Shown here piece after piece: positions 61,552 to 64,000 of a stretch of DNA of 64,000 bases. Source of the stretch: Promethearchaeota archaeon (GTDB lineage: Archaea > Asgardarchaeota > Lokiarchaeia > Sigyniarchaeales > SOKP01); the NCBI GenBank assembly GCA_016839555.1, contig JAEOUA010000012.1, positions 160,001 through 224,000 on the forward strand, written 5' to 3'. Position numbers and translations under genes: made by a program. How positions within the stretch are numbered: position 1 is the first letter of the stretch; each line of letters opens with the position of its first letter. Below the pieces are notes generated by a model. It did no database searches, was not told the origin of the DNA, and saw nothing but the letters and a program-made list of their open reading frames with translations.

Positions 61552-61858
61552 TTTTATTCTTTTATTTTAGTTTTTTTTTATATTAATTTAATAAATTTTT
61601 TCATTAAAATAAAAGTGAAGAAGATTTTTCAATTTTATTGAAGAAAAGAAAAAATACTCATTTTTAAAACCCAAAACTAAAATTTTAAATATATTTAATA
61701 TGATTAGCACAAGTATGTTTAAATCCTTGAATTTAGTAGAAATAGAAAAAATAAATAAATTAACAATTAGATACGAATAAAAATTATATAAACAAAAAAT
61801 TTCTAAAAAAAATAATATAATATTATAAAAAAAAAAAAAAATTAAAGTATTTAAATTC

Positions 61859-62977
61859 TTATTCTGCAGTTTCTATTTCTTCTGCCTCGGTTTCTTCTTT
61901 AAGTGTTAAACATGTATCTTCTAACACATTCAGATATTCTATTAAAACATCGTTGGTTTTTGATTTCTGGAAATATTGTTTCTTAATGATATTTAAGAGA
62001 TAATTCGGAAACACCTTTTCAATGGTAAAGTCTGATAAAAGCCCGTAATATTCATTTCCTTTATCATCTTGAAATACTTGAATCATTTTATTCTCCCATA
62101 GAAGTCGTAAAACTTCATCGAGATTATCAACACCTTTCTTCTTCAGCTTTTCTAATTCATTTTTAGTAACTATAGAAGTACGCAGCAATTTCAAGGTTTC
62201 ATATGTCTGAGGGTTTGTAAACAATTTAACTAAGCTAATATTATCATACTCTTCTAACTTATATTCCGAAAAGAATTTTCTACATTCTGCGCGATAATCA
62301 TCTGCTAATCGAGCTGGCAAACCATGATCAGCAGGATTCTTTAATAGATTTACTGGAGGACGACGAAGAATCAACAAATCATTAATAAAGAAGATCAAAG
62401 GTGATGGCATTCCTTTTACTGACGCTTCCTTGACCAATCCTCTTCTTATTAATTCAATAAAGATACTTTCTAAATCTATAAAACCTTGCTTATACTGATC
62501 CTTTAGCCACACTGCTAATTCTGACCTCGAAACTACTCCTTCATCACGTAATCGATTAATAATCATTCGTTTAATCTCATCCTCATAAGTCATTGCTAAC
62601 CTCTGCTCTTCATTTAAAGTTGGATATACAGATAATCTCTGAAATAATGAAGGAATCATATCTTTATAGGCATCATCTTCTAGATTTTGTAATATTGTGA
62701 GTGCAACATTAGATAAACCACCTTCGTACGCATCTGGATCATCATCCACATTCAATAATAGAAGGATATAATAGCCAGAGTCTGGTCCCGTATAATAGGA
62801 GGCAATATTGAGTGAGCCAACCATTAAACTAATCATTCCAGCCTCTCCACTATATTCATGAGTGCTATATACCTGCATTAGAGTTTTATCCGTTATGTTA
62901 ATTTCTTCCGGATATTTAGCGAGAATCTCTGTACCAACTCTTTCATTCCATCTCATTATGACTAATCCAACTGGCAT
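61859..62977 (-). CDS. Asgard-type hypothetical protein with longin/uDENN-like N-terminus
   Basis: GLVIMRWNERVGTEILAKYP resembles the uDENN start (F/W...G......YP); the fold is inferred. Confidence 0.6.
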   Translation of the reverse strand: MPVGLVIMRWNERVGTEILAKYPEEINITDKTLMQVYSTHEYSGEAGMISLMVGSLNIASYYTGPDSGYYILLLLNVDDDPDAYEGGLSNVALTILQNLEDDAYKDMIPSLFQRLSVYPTLNEEQRLAMTYEDEIKRMIINRLRDEGVVSRSELAVWLKDQYKQGFIDLESIFIELIRRGLVKEASVKGMPSPLIFFINDLLILRRPPVNLLKNPADHGLPARLADDYRAECRKFFSEYKLEEYDNISLVKLFTNPQTYETLKLLRTSIVTKNELEKLKKKGVDNLDEVLRLLWENKMIQVFQDDKGNEYYGLLSDFTIEKVFPNYLLNIIKKQYFQKSKTNDVLIEYLNVLEDTCLTLKEETEAEEIETAE

Positions 62978-62980
62978 GAT

Positions 62981-64000
62981 TTATTGAGCACCTCCTTCTT
63001 TAAATGATTTATTGGATAATTTTTTTCCACCTTTTTTTTCTAATCCTAAAGAATCATCTATGGATAATCCTAACTCCTTCCACTCATCTCCGTATTGTTC
63101 TGCGATGAATTGTTCTTTAATCGGGTAGAGATATTCTTCTGAGATGGCTTCTTTCGCCTTAATCTGCTTTTTAATGTTCCTTGCTTTCTTTACAAATTCA
63201 GGTATCTTTGCTAACTGAACGTATCGATAAATCGCAACAGCAGCTATAACAGTGGCAGTGATAGCAACACCCAATATGAAATAAAAGAGTGGCACGCCCT
63301 CAAAAATTTCTTGCATGTTTACAACAATATTAAAGTCTTGATTTATTGATACGTAATTATCTTTTGTAATGCTTAATTTACAAGATAACGTTTTATCTGC
63401 AAAGAAGGCATCCATATCACTTGTTGGGATACTTACTTGATAAAGTCCATCTCCAATTTCTATAAAGGGGTATAAAGCTCCATCCAGAGTTAATATAACA
63501 CTAGCATCATTTAATGGCAAATTACTGAAACCATCAGACAGTTGAATCGAAAATTGAATATTTTCTCCATAATCTACATCAACTTGGAATTTTAAGGGAA
63601 TAATTGAAATTGGTCGTTCTAGAATTGTTAGAGAGAAATATACAGTCTGTTCTTCATAATTTTCTTTTCTAATATGAGCGGCAATTTCATATTTTCCCAC
63701 TGGTTTATTGGCAGTATCAAAATTTAATACATATAATGAGTCTACAGTTTCAGTTATATTATTGACAGCAAGTCCGTAATTGCCTTCGCTAGTTAATCTA
63801 TTTCCATCTGCGTCTAATTTCCACCAGTTATAATATAATATTTCACAATCGCTAACTCTTGTAGCAACTCGAGTATCCTTATATTCAAGAGTGAAGTTCT
63901 TAGCTTGCCAGACATAAACTTGAAGGGTAAAAGAAGCATCTATAGAATCGTTCACGGAGGTTGGTCTGGATAATATTTGAAGATCCAAGCCTCGAGTACC
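62981..64000 (-). CDS. C-terminal part of a large membrane-anchored surface protein (5' end outside the window)
   Basis: Frame open to the window edge; beta-rich Ig-like repeats, one C-terminal transmembrane helix and a basic tail KIPEFVKKAR. Confidence 0.8.
   Translation of the reverse strand, partial: GTRGLDLQILSRPTSVNDSIDASFTLQVYVWQAKNFTLEYKDTRVATRVSDCEILYYNWWKLDADGNRLTSEGNYGLAVNNITETVDSLYVLNFDTANKPVGKYEIAAHIRKENYEEQTVYFSLTILERPISIIPLKFQVDVDYGENIQFSIQLSDGFSNLPLNDASVILTLDGALYPFIEIGDGLYQVSIPTSDMDAFFADKTLSCKLSITKDNYVSINQDFNIVVNMQEIFEGVPLFYFILGVAITATVIAAVAIYRYVQLAKIPEFVKKARNIKKQIKAKEAISEEYLYPIKEQFIAEQYGDEWKELGLSIDDSLGLEKKGGKKLSNKSFKEGGAQ

Overview
Very AT-rich archaeal genomic DNA, most likely from an Asgard archaeon of the Lokiarchaeia type. 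This is inferred from a gelsolin-like protein, longin-like proteins, expanded LRR proteins, ftr, and selenoproteins with a eukaryote-like SECIS. The window holds about 50 mostly metabolic and housekeeping genes, with no rRNA, CRISPR or recognisable transposase. The main interest is in RNA-level processing and recoding that the ORF track misses. (1) The AMP phosphorylase gene (45151-46720) is split inside its DKHSTGG motif by a 31-nt insert that folds into a bulge-helix-bulge-like splice structure; cutting at the canonical bulge positions restores a 512-aa protein exactly, making it a candidate endonuclease-spliced mRNA intron. (2) A tRNA-His(GTG) gene has two BHB introns, at 37/38 and at the non-canonical 59/60 position. 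(3) An hdrA-mvhD operon has five in-frame UGA codons at Cys-ligand positions and a single eukaryote-like SECIS after the second gene. (4) Two genes apparently start at non-canonical (ATA-type) codons. (5) A PAS histidine kinase is broken by a single TAA. Also present are a recent LRR tandem duplication, a form IV RuBisCO-like protein, and an ABC permease fused to a CPBP protease. All calls come from reading motifs by eye; no searches were run.
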